Notes under the pieces: generated by a model
Databases searched by the model: none
What the model saw: only the letters and a program-made list of their open reading frames with translations
What the model was told of the DNA's origin: nothing
Part shown: piece by piece, positions 1 to 9,171 of the stretch
Layout of the letters: each line of letters begins with the position of its first letter
How positions within the stretch are numbered: position 1 is the first letter of the stretch
Made by a program: the position numbers and the translations under genes
DNA from: an uncultured delta proteobacterium
GTDB taxonomy: Bacteria; Myxococcota_A; UBA9160; UBA4427
Assembly (NCBI GenBank): GCA_963822965.1
Contig: CAWGJT010000005.1
Span: forward strand, 1,312,001-1,376,000
Reading direction: 5' to 3'
Length of the DNA: 64,000 nt

Positions 1-828
1 ATGTGGACGGTCTACGGGCGCGCGCAGCTGCGCCCCTTCCGCGGGGTGGGGGTGCGCGTAAAGCTGAGCTACCGCGATGCACCCGACACAGGCTACGTGA
101 CGGATCTCGACGACTACGTCGAGGGGAGCCTGCGCGCGAGCTACGTCGTGCCCGTCACCCGGCCGACGACCGTCGCCTTCCAGCTGAGCGGGGGATCGGG
201 CAAGAACTCGCAGTTCAGGGCCATCGACGGCGTGGGACCGACCCCGAGCGGCCCCAGCCGGCGCCGCGACTACGAACGCAGCCACTGGACCCTGAGCCTC
301 TCGGGGGACAGCGCGGTCCGCGATGACCTGAGCCTCTTCGCGTCGCTCAGCTACGCGGAGGACGAGCAGAGCGACGACCTGCTGCAGTCCAACCTCCAGC
401 GCTACTTCCAGGACGCCGTCCCGATCCAGTTCCGCAAGCTGGACGGTCTGGACTGCCGCACCCGGGAGCTCGGGTTCGTGCTCGGAAGCCAGCTCTGGCT
501 CACGAAGAAGACCGACGCCGGACTCTCCTACTCGTTCACTTGGGCCGAGACGAAGTTCCTCGACCCGGGCAGCATGCCCGAGCTGGCGCTGATCGGCGAC
601 AACCGCATCGTCGACGCCCGCATCCACGGGCTCGACCTGGAGCTGCGCCATCAGATCCGCAAGGGGCTGCGCGTCTTCGCTGGCTACCGCCTGCAGCTCT
701 ACGAGGATGGCGCCCCCAAGCCGAGCGCCACGGGCAGCGTGCAACAGCCGGGAAGCCGCACGGACCTGCGCCACACCGTGAGCATCGGCATCAGCCTGAG
801 CAGCGAGCTGCTGGACCGCGCTCGCTGA
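1..828 (+). CDS. Outer-membrane beta-barrel protein, 3' part only; possibly an MtrB/PioB-like cytochrome-associated porin
   Basis: ORF runs off the window start; many amphipathic beta-strands (e.g. DAGLSYSFTWA, LRVFAGYRLQLY, TVSIGISLS); convergent with multiheme cytochrome genes. Confidence 0.5.
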   Translation: MWTVYGRAQLRPFRGVGVRVKLSYRDAPDTGYVTDLDDYVEGSLRASYVVPVTRPTTVAFQLSGGSGKNSQFRAIDGVGPTPSGPSRRRDYERSHWTLSLSGDSAVRDDLSLFASLSYAEDEQSDDLLQSNLQRYFQDAVPIQFRKLDGLDCRTRELGFVLGSQLWLTKKTDAGLSYSFTWAETKFLDPGSMPELALIGDNRIVDARIHGLDLELRHQIRKGLRVFAGYRLQLYEDGAPKPSATGSVQQPGSRTDLRHTVSIGISLSSELLDRAR

Positions 829-830
829 AG

Positions 831-1604
831 CTACGGTCCGGGCGGCTGGGGCTCCTTCGCGGCGATCGCCGGCGCGGCGTGCACGAAGCCCTTGTGACAG
901 TCGGTGCACGCGATCTGCTTGGCGACGGCACGCTCGTGATACTCGCGCGCCCGCGGTGTCTGCTTGGCGAAGGTGGCCTCGTCCTGCTTGTGGCACTCCG
1001 CGCAGGCCGTGAGGGTGATGGGGCCGTGCGGGTTGTGGCACTGGGTGCAGTACATCGCGTTCTCGCCCGTGAGGCGGTGGGGCGCGTTCTCGGGTGCGTT
1101 CGTGAGGATGGCCGGGTGACACATGGTGCAGAACGCGACCTGGCTCGAGTGGTCGAGCATCGGACCCTTGGCCTGGTGGATCACGTGGCAGTTCGTGCAG
1201 GCGAAGAATTTCCCGTGGGCGCTCTCCTTCCAGTGGGCCCGCGGGCCCTGGTCGTGGCAGGTCAGGCAGATCTGGTTGCGCTCTGGGACCGGGGTCTTGC
1301 TGCTGTTCGAGAACGAGATGTTCCCGACCTGGATCGGAAACTCCATGTGCTTCTTGCTCGGTCCGTGGCAGCTCTCGCACTGCTGCTTCGCCGCCGGCGT
1401 GCGAGGATCGTCGGCCTTCCAGTGGGCCGTCTTCTCGATGCCCAAGATCTTCTCGGTCCCGTGGCACTTGAGACAGGCCTCGGCGCCCTTCCCGGAGTAC
1501 GGCTGGTCCGTTTCGGTCGCGCCGACGAGCCCGAGCGAGGCAGCGGCGATGGCGGCCACGAGCCCCGGGCGAAGGGGCCCGCGCCGGCGGGCGCGGAAGC
1601 TCAT
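831..1604 (-). CDS. Periplasmic octaheme c-type cytochrome (DmsE/MtrA-like N-terminal six hemes)
   Basis: 8 CXXCH motifs (CLKCH, CESCH, CLTCH, CTNCH, CTMCH, CTQCH, CAECH, CTDCH); signal peptide; MtrA-like YSGKGAEACLKCH and DDPRTP..CESCHGP; ATG overlaps the upstream stop (ATGA at 1601-1604). Confidence 0.85.
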   Translation of the reverse strand: MSFRARRRGPLRPGLVAAIAAASLGLVGATETDQPYSGKGAEACLKCHGTEKILGIEKTAHWKADDPRTPAAKQQCESCHGPSKKHMEFPIQVGNISFSNSSKTPVPERNQICLTCHDQGPRAHWKESAHGKFFACTNCHVIHQAKGPMLDHSSQVAFCTMCHPAILTNAPENAPHRLTGENAMYCTQCHNPHGPITLTACAECHKQDEATFAKQTPRAREYHERAVAKQIACTDCHKGFVHAAPAIAAKEPQPPGP

Positions 1605-2221
1605 CGGGAGTCCACCTCCTGGTGTCCGGGATCGTGCACCTCGGGCACCGCAGCCCGCGGCAGGATGCCTTCGGGCAGCTTGTGGGCGATGCCCTTGTGG
1701 CAGCTGATGCAGGTCTTCCCGTTCTCGAGGGCGACGCCGTGCAGATTGCGCGCCTTCTCGGACTGTTCCGCCGGGTTCCACAGATCGACGTGGTGGCAGC
1801 GACGGCAGTCCTGGGAGTCGTTCTCGATCATCTCCGCCCACACCCTCGACGCCATCTCCATCCGGTGCGACTCGAACCTGGCGGGCGTGTCGATCTTGTG
1901 GGTGATGAAGTGATGGTACAACTCGCGAACGGACTCGGCCTTGCGGATCAGCATGGGCACGAAGGCTTGCGGGATGTGGCACTCATGGCAGTCGACGAAG
2001 AAGCCGCGGCCGTTCTCCGCGTGGGCGGTCGTCATGTACTCGTCCCCGATGTTCTCCTGCAGCTCGTGGCACGACAGACAGAAGGGGGTGCTCGAGAAGA
2101 AGTGGAGCGTCTCGTTGAAGACGACGACCCCGGCGACACCGAGGATGCCCCCGACCACGACCAGTACGCCCAACGGGAAGCGCGCGCTGGGGGACCACAA
2201 CCACGCCCAGAGGCTCTTCAC
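1601..2221 (-). CDS. NapC/NirT family tetraheme quinol dehydrogenase
   Basis: N-terminal TM helix; 4 CXXCH motifs (FCLSCHE, CHECHIP, CRRCH, TCISCHKGIAHKLP). Confidence 0.93.
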   Translation of the reverse strand: MKSLWAWLWSPSARFPLGVLVVVGGILGVAGVVVFNETLHFFSSTPFCLSCHELQENIGDEYMTTAHAENGRGFFVDCHECHIPQAFVPMLIRKAESVRELYHHFITHKIDTPARFESHRMEMASRVWAEMIENDSQDCRRCHHVDLWNPAEQSEKARNLHGVALENGKTCISCHKGIAHKLPEGILPRAAVPEVHDPGHQEVDSR

Positions 2222-2326
2222 GCGGATCGACCCCCCTGCCTCACACGCATCGCACGACGAGCCTAGCCGTGGGACTCCGCAATGTCCAACACCGATCGGA
2301 CACCTGCCCCCTTTCGGGCGAAGGGG

Positions 2327-3706
2327 CTAGTCGTGTCCTTCCGGCGCGCGCAAGACCAGAAAGCCCTCCGGCGCGAGGCTGGTTGCGAGCATCACCTGGT
2401 TGATGTCGTGGTGGCCCGTCCAGGTGCGCGCGCGGCGATTCGAATCGCGAAGCCAGAAGGCGACGACGTCGTCGCCCATGGGCAGGAAGGGACGCAGCGC
2501 CTCGAGCTCCTTGCGAGCGGCTTCGTCTCCCGCGAAGCATGCTTCACGCACTGCCTCCAGCATGCGACCCGCGGCGTCGAGCCCGATGGCGAGTCCCAGC
2601 TCGCGAAACGCGAGACGCCGCTCCGCCGGTGCACTGGGATCGTGCTGCCGGCGATAGCTGGACAGACCCGCGCGGGCCGACCGCAGCAGCGCTGCGAGCA
2701 GGCCATTGTCCTGGAGCCCACCCCGCATGAGCTGTTCGATGCGATAGGCGTCGCTCAGAAGGCCTCCGATCCCGAGCGGATCGTCGGTGGCGAGTGCTCC
2801 ATCGGCGATCATGGACGCGTAGTCGGCGATGGCGCCTTCCAGCCGCGGCCCCTGGGCCTGCTCGAGCGCCGCAGCCGTTCGCTGGAGCTGAGCTGCAGTC
2901 ACATAGCCGTCCAGGGGATCGTGCTGACCCATGGAGGGCACGAGCGGGCGCGAGAGATCGATGCTCAGCTTCCAGTACATGCGCTTCGGACCTGCAGCGG
3001 ATGGGGCGTGGGTGAAGGCGGCGTGCGCCGTCTTCGCCAGCTCGCGCGCCCAGAGGTTGAAGGCGGGCTGGCCAGTCGCGCGCGCGGTCTGATCGAGCGC
3101 GTGCATCCACTTCGTCAGGTAGTGGAAGTATTGCCCGTCCCGGTCCCACTCCAGCTGTGAGTCGAGGGACTCGTTCGTTGGCCGCTCGGGTAGCGGCTTG
3201 CCGATCCGCAGCCCGCCTCGGGTCGGATGCTCCTCGGCGGCGCCGTCGAGCCAGCCCCGGCGCGCGGCGTCGGGCCGGTGGCGGCCGAGGGTGTGATGTA
3301 CTCGCTCGACGAGCGTCAGCGCCTGCGTGCGATAGCGCCCGTCGCCGCTGGCGCGCGCCAGTCCCAGCAGGTTGCAGACCGCGAAGGCGTCGGTCCAGAG
3401 GTACCGTTGCTGGTCTTCGCCAGACGCGACACCGGTTCGCGCCACGAAGTCCTCCATCAGCCCCGCGGCCCGGTCGATGCGCTGCTGTCGGCTCATGGCG
3501 ATCCCGTGCGTCTCGCGATGCTCGGCCTCGGTGCCCGTCCCGTCCCGCGGAGGCGTCGATCCGCTCCGTGAGACGGGCACCGCACATTCGGTCGTGTCCG
3601 CAGCGACGTCACCCCCGGCCGACGCGCCGTCGGCAGGAAAGCCGGCCGCCAGACCGAGGACCAGAAGGAAAGCAACCAGCCCCGGCCCGCCGCGCTGCCT
3701 CGCCAT
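2327..3706 (-). CDS. Conserved hypothetical protein; start uncertain (alternative ATG at 3496)
   Basis: Well-formed ORF with conserved-looking blocks RYLWTDAFAVCN, DRDGQYFHYLTKWMHAL, GQHDPLDG, LAFRELGLAIGL; signal-peptide-like N-terminal extension. Confidence 0.7.
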   Translation of the reverse strand: MARQRGGPGLVAFLLVLGLAAGFPADGASAGGDVAADTTECAVPVSRSGSTPPRDGTGTEAEHRETHGIAMSRQQRIDRAAGLMEDFVARTGVASGEDQQRYLWTDAFAVCNLLGLARASGDGRYRTQALTLVERVHHTLGRHRPDAARRGWLDGAAEEHPTRGGLRIGKPLPERPTNESLDSQLEWDRDGQYFHYLTKWMHALDQTARATGQPAFNLWARELAKTAHAAFTHAPSAAGPKRMYWKLSIDLSRPLVPSMGQHDPLDGYVTAAQLQRTAAALEQAQGPRLEGAIADYASMIADGALATDDPLGIGGLLSDAYRIEQLMRGGLQDNGLLAALLRSARAGLSSYRRQHDPSAPAERRLAFRELGLAIGLDAAGRMLEAVREACFAGDEAARKELEALRPFLPMGDDVVAFWLRDSNRRARTWTGHHDINQVMLATSLAPEGFLVLRAPEGHD

Positions 3707-4132
3707 GAGGACTTCTCCCACGGCGGCAGCCTAGCATCGCGTCTTCGCAGTGTGGCGAGCCGAGCACGGGAGTGATCTGGAGGGGGGCTCGGGAGCCCCT
3801 ACGGGGGACCCGCTGAAGTGTGACCACAAGCTCCGCCGATAGCGAAGTCTTCCGACGATGCTCTCCGCATGGCGGGTCTGTCAATCGAAATCTCACCGGC
3901 GACGCCGCCGCGCGGTCCGAGACAGCCAGGGACACCCGGCGCGGGTCGAAGTGAGGCTTCGCGGCCTCAGTGGATCCTCACTCTCTCGATCGCCTCGCGC
4001 CAGGAGCCCGGTCCGGCCAACCGGCCCCCCCGTGGTGACGGAAAAGACGCCGACCGCTCCTCGACGAAGCACAGTCGCCGGACTCGAAGGGATACACTCA
4101 TTCATGTGGTCGATGCGGGGGAGGTCGGTGCA

Positions 4133-4816
4133 ATGAGGTGTCTACGCAGTGTCTGGCTGGCGATCTGGACCGCGGTCGCGATGGCGGTGCCTGCCTCCGC
4201 CCTCGCGCAGGACGTCGAAGGGACGGCTGACCCCGAACGCTGGAGGGTTCCCTTCGAGGGCGAGCTCGGCTTCGCGGTCGGCCTTCCGCAGAACGAGCTG
4301 AGCGAGGAAGTGAAGGACTCCGGCTTCGGCTTCGATCTGTACATGGGGGTCGGTCTGGACGAGCTGCCCATCGCGTTCGGCGCCGAGCTGGGTTTCGTGA
4401 CCTACGGCTCGAAGACGCGCACCCAGAGGGTCTCCGGTGTGCGGGTCGACGTGACGACGGACAACAACATCCTCCTCGGTCACCTGGTCGTTCGCATACG
4501 GCCTCGCGACTGGGTCGTGCGACCCTACGTGGAGGGGCTCGTCGGCTTCAAGCTCTTCTTCACCGACACCACGGTGAGAAACCCGGATGGATCGGGGAGC
4601 ATTGCTTCGAACAACAACAATTCCGACGCTGCCTTCAGCTACGGAGCGGGCGGCGGTGTCATCGTCCCCATCTTCGGGGGGCCCGTCTACGTGAGCGCCG
4701 GCGCTCGCTATCTCTTCGGGACGCGAGCGAGCTACCTCTCGAAGGGCTCGGTCGACGTGAAGACCTCGGACACCGATCTCCTGCTCGTGAACATGGGCAT
4801 CGGGGTCGCCTTCTAG
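4133..4816 (+). CDS. Small outer-membrane beta-barrel protein
   Basis: GGAGG RBS, signal peptide (ASALA), VRPYVEG strand, C-terminal GIGVAF ending in Phe. Confidence 0.85.
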   Translation: MRCLRSVWLAIWTAVAMAVPASALAQDVEGTADPERWRVPFEGELGFAVGLPQNELSEEVKDSGFGFDLYMGVGLDELPIAFGAELGFVTYGSKTRTQRVSGVRVDVTTDNNILLGHLVVRIRPRDWVVRPYVEGLVGFKLFFTDTTVRNPDGSGSIASNNNNSDAAFSYGAGGGVIVPIFGGPVYVSAGARYLFGTRASYLSKGSVDVKTSDTDLLLVNMGIGVAF

Positions 4817-5062
4817 CCGGCACTCTCGCCTGCCGCCTACGAAGATCGGACTGCACCTCGCGGCGGCCGGGCGGGGGCTAGATCAAGGCGCGGGTTCCCC
4901 AGACGTAGAGGAGCGAGGCACGCGTAGAGGCTCCGCCGCTGCTCGAGCGGAGCCGCGAGCATCAACTCTCCACTCGAGAACGCCCAGCCAGAACGGGAGC
5001 AGACGCCCGGATCAAAGAATCTGCGGCGATGGGGAAAGTGCGTCTTGCGCTCCGACCCTATG

Positions 5063-5142
5063 GAAGGACGAACAAGCCCGGCTTCGGCGTGACGTTGGAG
5101 TAGTGGCGTTATGGCAAGCCCCTCCGGGGTCCCGGCGGCGGG
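5063..5142 (+). repeat. Dispersed dif-like repeat, copy 1 (core 5092-5119)
   Basis: ACGTTGGAGTA-GTGGCG-TTATGGCAAGC followed by CCCTCCGGGGTCCCGGCGGCGGG; aligns with copies at 14251, 36446 and 38115. Confidence 0.75.
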
Positions 5143-5275
5143 GGCGGAGGCGGGCCAGGGCGTACTTCGCCGCCGAGACCGGCGACTGAGGGCCGTCAGG
5201 CGACGTCTCTCAGCCCCGGGGCCTCGTCGGGCAGCCGCAGGTCTCCCGACGCGTACCAAGGGGTATCCTCGACGG

Positions 5276-6307
5276 ATGGCGCCTTCGTGGCTTCCTCACC
5301 CGGATGACCTGGTCGGCGCGCTCTCGAACGTGGCTCACGCCCTGCGCCCAGGCTCGACGAACACCCTCCCGGCGCTTCGCGGCTACGAGGAAACGGATTT
5401 CGAGGCGCTCTTCCCCGCTCCAACGGAGGCGCCGCGCGAGGTCAGGCTTCGGCGCCGCTGGCGATTGGCCGGGGTCGTGAGCGAGGACATCTCGTTCCCA
5501 TCGGCGTACGAGCCTTTGGATGCGGCATTTCGCCGACGCTACGAGCGCGAGTACGTCGAGAACCACACCGTCTGGGCGCGACGGCTGCGCCCGTCGGGCT
5601 GCGAGGATCGGCCGCGCCTCCTCTACATCCACGGCTACATGCAGCCCGAGACCCTCTTCGAGGAGGTCGGGCTGCTGGCGCTGTTGGCACGCCGGCTCGG
5701 CGTCGAGATCGTACAGATCCAGCCGCCGTATCACGGGCGACGCAAGCCGAAGGGATCGTGGTTCGACGGCAGCCTCTACTGGACGGGGGACGTCGTGCGG
5801 AGCGTCGAGGCGCTGCGCCAGACCCTGCTCGATGCGCGCTCCCTGCTCAGCTGGATGCTGCAGGAGAGCGACCGGCCCGTCGGCGTATCGGGCCTGAGCC
5901 TGGGCGGCTTCCTGACCTGCGCCCTCACCTGCCTGGACGACCGCTTCGCGTTCTCGTTTCCGCTGATCGGCCACATGGACATCGGAGCCGTGATCGAGGA
6001 CGCACCCGTGCTCGGCAGGATGCGCCGTGAGCTGCGCGACTTCGGCTGGGAGCCACGGGACTTCGGCGCGTTCTTCGAGCGGATCGGCTGGAACCGCCAG
6101 CGCGCGCTCCTCGACCCGGCCCACATCCGCCTCTACGCGGCGTCCCGCGATCGCTTCTTCGCACCGGCCCTCGTCGAAGACCTCGCGGAGCGGTGGGGCG
6201 GAGCGCCGATCGAGTGGTACGACTGCAGCCACATGGGCTTCGCGCGTCACCTGCCTCGGGCCGCCACGAGCATGCGCTCGGTCATCGACGCGGTCGCCTC
6301 TCCCTAG
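5276..6307 (+). CDS. Alpha/beta hydrolase family protein
   Basis: HGY oxyanion motif, GLSLG nucleophile elbow, DRFF and SH motifs near the C-terminus. Confidence 0.85.
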   Translation: MAPSWLPHPDDLVGALSNVAHALRPGSTNTLPALRGYEETDFEALFPAPTEAPREVRLRRRWRLAGVVSEDISFPSAYEPLDAAFRRRYEREYVENHTVWARRLRPSGCEDRPRLLYIHGYMQPETLFEEVGLLALLARRLGVEIVQIQPPYHGRRKPKGSWFDGSLYWTGDVVRSVEALRQTLLDARSLLSWMLQESDRPVGVSGLSLGGFLTCALTCLDDRFAFSFPLIGHMDIGAVIEDAPVLGRMRRELRDFGWEPRDFGAFFERIGWNRQRALLDPAHIRLYAASRDRFFAPALVEDLAERWGGAPIEWYDCSHMGFARHLPRAATSMRSVIDAVASP

Positions 6308-6767
6308 ATTGGGTCTTCCTCGCGGCGCCGGCTCCCGTCTCGGCCCGCCGCGCGAGCCACGCGACGGTGAATCCGTACACCAGGTGGATCGCGAGGCTCG
6401 GGTAGACCACGCTCCATCCGAGAAGCCAGGGAGTCGTGTCTCCGAACGCGACTGGGAGCGCGAGCGAGTTCACCACGACGTAGAAGCCCGCGCCATATGC
6501 CAGCCCGACGAGAAGCCTGTCCCGCGTGCGCGAGAACCTCACGAGCACGAGCAGCAGCGGCACCGCGACGACGCAGCTGATCGCGAGGTGCTGGACGAAC
6601 GTGAGCAGGTAATGGAGGGGCCCGGAGGCGTCCCCGACCACGAGCGCCAGGGTCTTCCTGCCGTACTCGTTGACCCGCAGGCCCAGCCTCTGGAAGAGGG
6701 CCGCGAAGGGGATCATTGCGAGCCCGGCGATCGTGCCGGTGCGGAGCGCCTCCCTGACGAGCTTCAT
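6282..6767 (-). CDS. Hypothetical multi-pass membrane protein
   Basis: About 4 hydrophobic helices; HLVYG motif; starts 1 bp after the DUF302 gene stop. Confidence 0.75.
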   Translation of the reverse strand: MKLVREALRTGTIAGLAMIPFAALFQRLGLRVNEYGRKTLALVVGDASGPLHYLLTFVQHLAISCVVAVPLLLVLVRFSRTRDRLLVGLAYGAGFYVVVNSLALPVAFGDTTPWLLGWSVVYPSLAIHLVYGFTVAWLARRAETGAGAARKTQSRERRPRR

Positions 6768-6768
6768 C

Positions 6769-7152
6769 TCAGATCGATTCCTCGATGATCGCGACGATCG
6801 TCCGCTCGATCTCTTCCGCGGCCTGCCCGAGCTCGGCGGATTCGGAGATGAGACCCAGGATATCGGTCGGGGGGATCATTCCGATCCGGGTCTGGCCGGC
6901 GTCTTCGTACACCGAGATCCGGCAGGGCAGCGCCATGTTCACGCGCATGTCGTTCCGCAGGATCTCACTCGCTTGTCTCGGGTTGCAGACCTCGAGGACG
7001 CGACATTCGTTCGGAAGCTCGAAACCCTTCGCGCGCAGGGTCGCCCGGAAGTCGTAGCTGTGGAGGACCCCGAAACCGTGCCGCTGGACCGACGCCAAGA
7101 CGGCCGCCGTCGCATCCTCGACCGACTTGTCGGTATCTCGTACGTAGATCAC
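6769..7152 (-). CDS. DUF302 domain protein
   Basis: GFGVLH..D...TL..KG, CNP..A, ALPCRISVYE motifs. Confidence 0.9.
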   Translation of the reverse strand: MIYVRDTDKSVEDATAAVLASVQRHGFGVLHSYDFRATLRAKGFELPNECRVLEVCNPRQASEILRNDMRVNMALPCRISVYEDAGQTRIGMIPPTDILGLISESAELGQAAEEIERTIVAIIEESI

Positions 7153-7191
7153 GCAAACCTCCGAAGCCCGCCCCGAGACTACCGGCAGGCG

Positions 7192-7722
7192 TCAAGACGT
7201 GCCGCTTCCCGTTGGCGAGTGGGGCCCCGACGGCGGTCGTGCGGCGCGCTCGTCATCGTCGTCGAAGAGCAGGAACGCAAACCCCATCGAGGCGACCGCC
7301 AGGTGCCAGACCAGGACGCCCAGATAGGTGACCTCGGCTGCGAGAGGCGATCCCAGGGCCGCAACTGCGAGCGATACGAGGGAAATGAGGAGGCCCAGAT
7401 AGGACGTGACCCTGTGCGTCGCCGTAGCCTGCGGGGGTCGTCGAAGGATGAAGGACGACACGTCTGCGAGGTGGACCGCACCGTAGATCGAGAGGGCCCA
7501 GCGCCAGGGCGGGCTGGCGACGCGCTCCAGGATCAGCGGAAACAGCGAGAAGAAGATCGCGAGCGCGCTCACCTGGAGGAGGATGCGAAGATTGAAGCGC
7601 TGGATCGCCGTCCAGGCGCTGACGCCCCGGTTTTCGAGAGTGACGACGACGCTGCTGAAGCCCGCCAGGGCGACCGCGACTTCGGCGACGAGGGCGAGGG
7701 CCTCGTGGCTCGACGATTCCAT
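7192..7722 (-). CDS. Hypothetical membrane protein
   Basis: LALVAEVAVALAGFSSVV N-terminus and about 5 TM segments. Confidence 0.7.
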   Translation of the reverse strand: MESSSHEALALVAEVAVALAGFSSVVVTLENRGVSAWTAIQRFNLRILLQVSALAIFFSLFPLILERVASPPWRWALSIYGAVHLADVSSFILRRPPQATATHRVTSYLGLLISLVSLAVAALGSPLAAEVTYLGVLVWHLAVASMGFAFLLFDDDDERAARPPSGPHSPTGSGTS

Positions 7723-7729
7723 CAGGCGC

Positions 7730-7955
7730 TCACAGGTCCAATCGCATGGGCTGCACCAGCAGGCTCGACCCGGGTCGCAGGGGCTCCGGAGCCCCGTCGG
7801 GCTCGAAGCCCGCGCGCTCGTAGAGACGCTCTGCTGCCGTCTGACTGCATGTGACCAATAGTGCGACAGAGCGGGCGTTTGCGCCGGCCGCCCAGCGAAC
7901 CGCGGCGTCGAGTAGCGCGCGCGCCACGCCGAGGCGCCGCAGCTCCGGCTCGAGC
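7730..7955 (-). pseudogene. GNAT acetyltransferase, C-terminal fragment
   Basis: PELRRLGVARALL acetyl-CoA motif A and AERLYERAGF motif; N-terminal half absent. Confidence 0.7.
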
Positions 7956-8215
7956 GTACTCGTCGGGCTCCGGGAGCCGAGCCGCCCACACCCTGCTGGA
8001 ACGGCAGGTGCCTGCGGTTCGGAGACGCGGAAAATCTCCGCACTCAGCGCCCGGAGAGCGCGCGCATGAGGCGATCGGCCTCGGCGGTGTGGCGAAGAGG
8101 CGTGCTCGAGAGCCATCGTCGAAGCTTCGCCTCGGTGGCGAGCCGCTCCAAGCCCTGCTCGGCTGACACAAGCAGATCCTGGAGCCTCGGGGTTGCCGGC
8201 ATTGACGGCGGCTGG

Positions 8216-8311
8216 GAGGAGGCGGAGCGCGGCAATGCGTTGGCGTGTGGCACGAAGACCGTGCCGCGAAAGCTCCTCGGCGATCTTCTCGTCAGCAGTG
8301 CGATGAGACAT
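8216..8311 (-). pseudogene. Fur/PerR family regulator, N-terminal fragment
   Basis: MSHRTADEKIAEELSRHGLRATRQRIAALRLL matches the Fur N-terminal helix pattern; similarity then stops. Confidence 0.6.
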
Positions 8312-8469
8312 GGCGAACCTTGTTGGTGCTCGAAAGGCATCGGAGCAGCGGGATCGGAAGGCGATGAAGACGGGACTGGTGAAGCGGATCGTTTCGGCGG
8401 GCAGTACCACGTCATGCAGCTTCCAAGTCTGCAAGTACCGACGCCAGGGTCGCCCGCATGGTGACCCGG

Positions 8470-9096
8470 TCAGGCGCCGCCGTGCATCACGTCGGGCAGC
8501 TGCACGGGTCCCTGGAAGCTCCGCATTCCGGGGGACATCCAGAACCACGCGGTGGTCGGCGCAGGGAGATCGACGATCCAAGGCTGCACGGTGTGAATCG
8601 TGAGCAGCTGCCCGCCTGCGGGCAGCACCAGCTCCGAATCACGCGCGTCATGCCCCACCAGCTCGACGAAGTGCTCGCCCGCGACTTCGAGCACGCGCAC
8701 GTCCCTGTTGCCGCAGAAGGCCAGGACGTGGTGCTTGTCCACGCACATCTTCAGTGGGCCACCGGGCGAGGCGGGCGGCTCGACGCGCTGAGGCCGCGCC
8801 ACGCACAGGAACTCGACGCCGCCGATATCCCGGAACTTCACGGGCATGCCGCCTGCGTCGCCGGGTGAGCGGCGAAACGCCGCGGCGTCCATGCTGGCCT
8901 CGCCGATCCCGACCTTCGTGCAGGGCGGGGCGACATCGAGCGCTTCGAACTCGCGCCGCGTCATCGGGGACGTGCTCATCCACACCGTCGCGTCGCTGCG
9001 ATCGTTGACTTCCACGAAGGTCTCGCGGCCCCCGCGCACGTGGAAGGCCGTGGGAGCGTGGCGCCGCATCAGCTCGCCGAGTTCGGGGTCGTTCAT
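8470..9096 (-). CDS. Hypothetical protein
   Basis: 208 aa ORF with GGAG RBS and normal globular composition. Confidence 0.65.
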   Translation of the reverse strand: MNDPELGELMRRHAPTAFHVRGGRETFVEVNDRSDATVWMSTSPMTRREFEALDVAPPCTKVGIGEASMDAAAFRRSPGDAGGMPVKFRDIGGVEFLCVARPQRVEPPASPGGPLKMCVDKHHVLAFCGNRDVRVLEVAGEHFVELVGHDARDSELVLPAGGQLLTIHTVQPWIVDLPAPTTAWFWMSPGMRSFQGPVQLPDVMHGGA

Positions 9097-9171
9097 CCGT
9101 CTCCCATTCCTTCCTTGGCCAGTCGAGGTAACCGAGCCTGCAACGCCGCCAGGGTCGCCACGAGATGCGAG

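Noticed and set aside
3859..3886. GTCTGTCAATC as another repeat copy
   Set aside because: Only the arm matches; left block and tail are absent, so more likely a promoter hexamer or chance.
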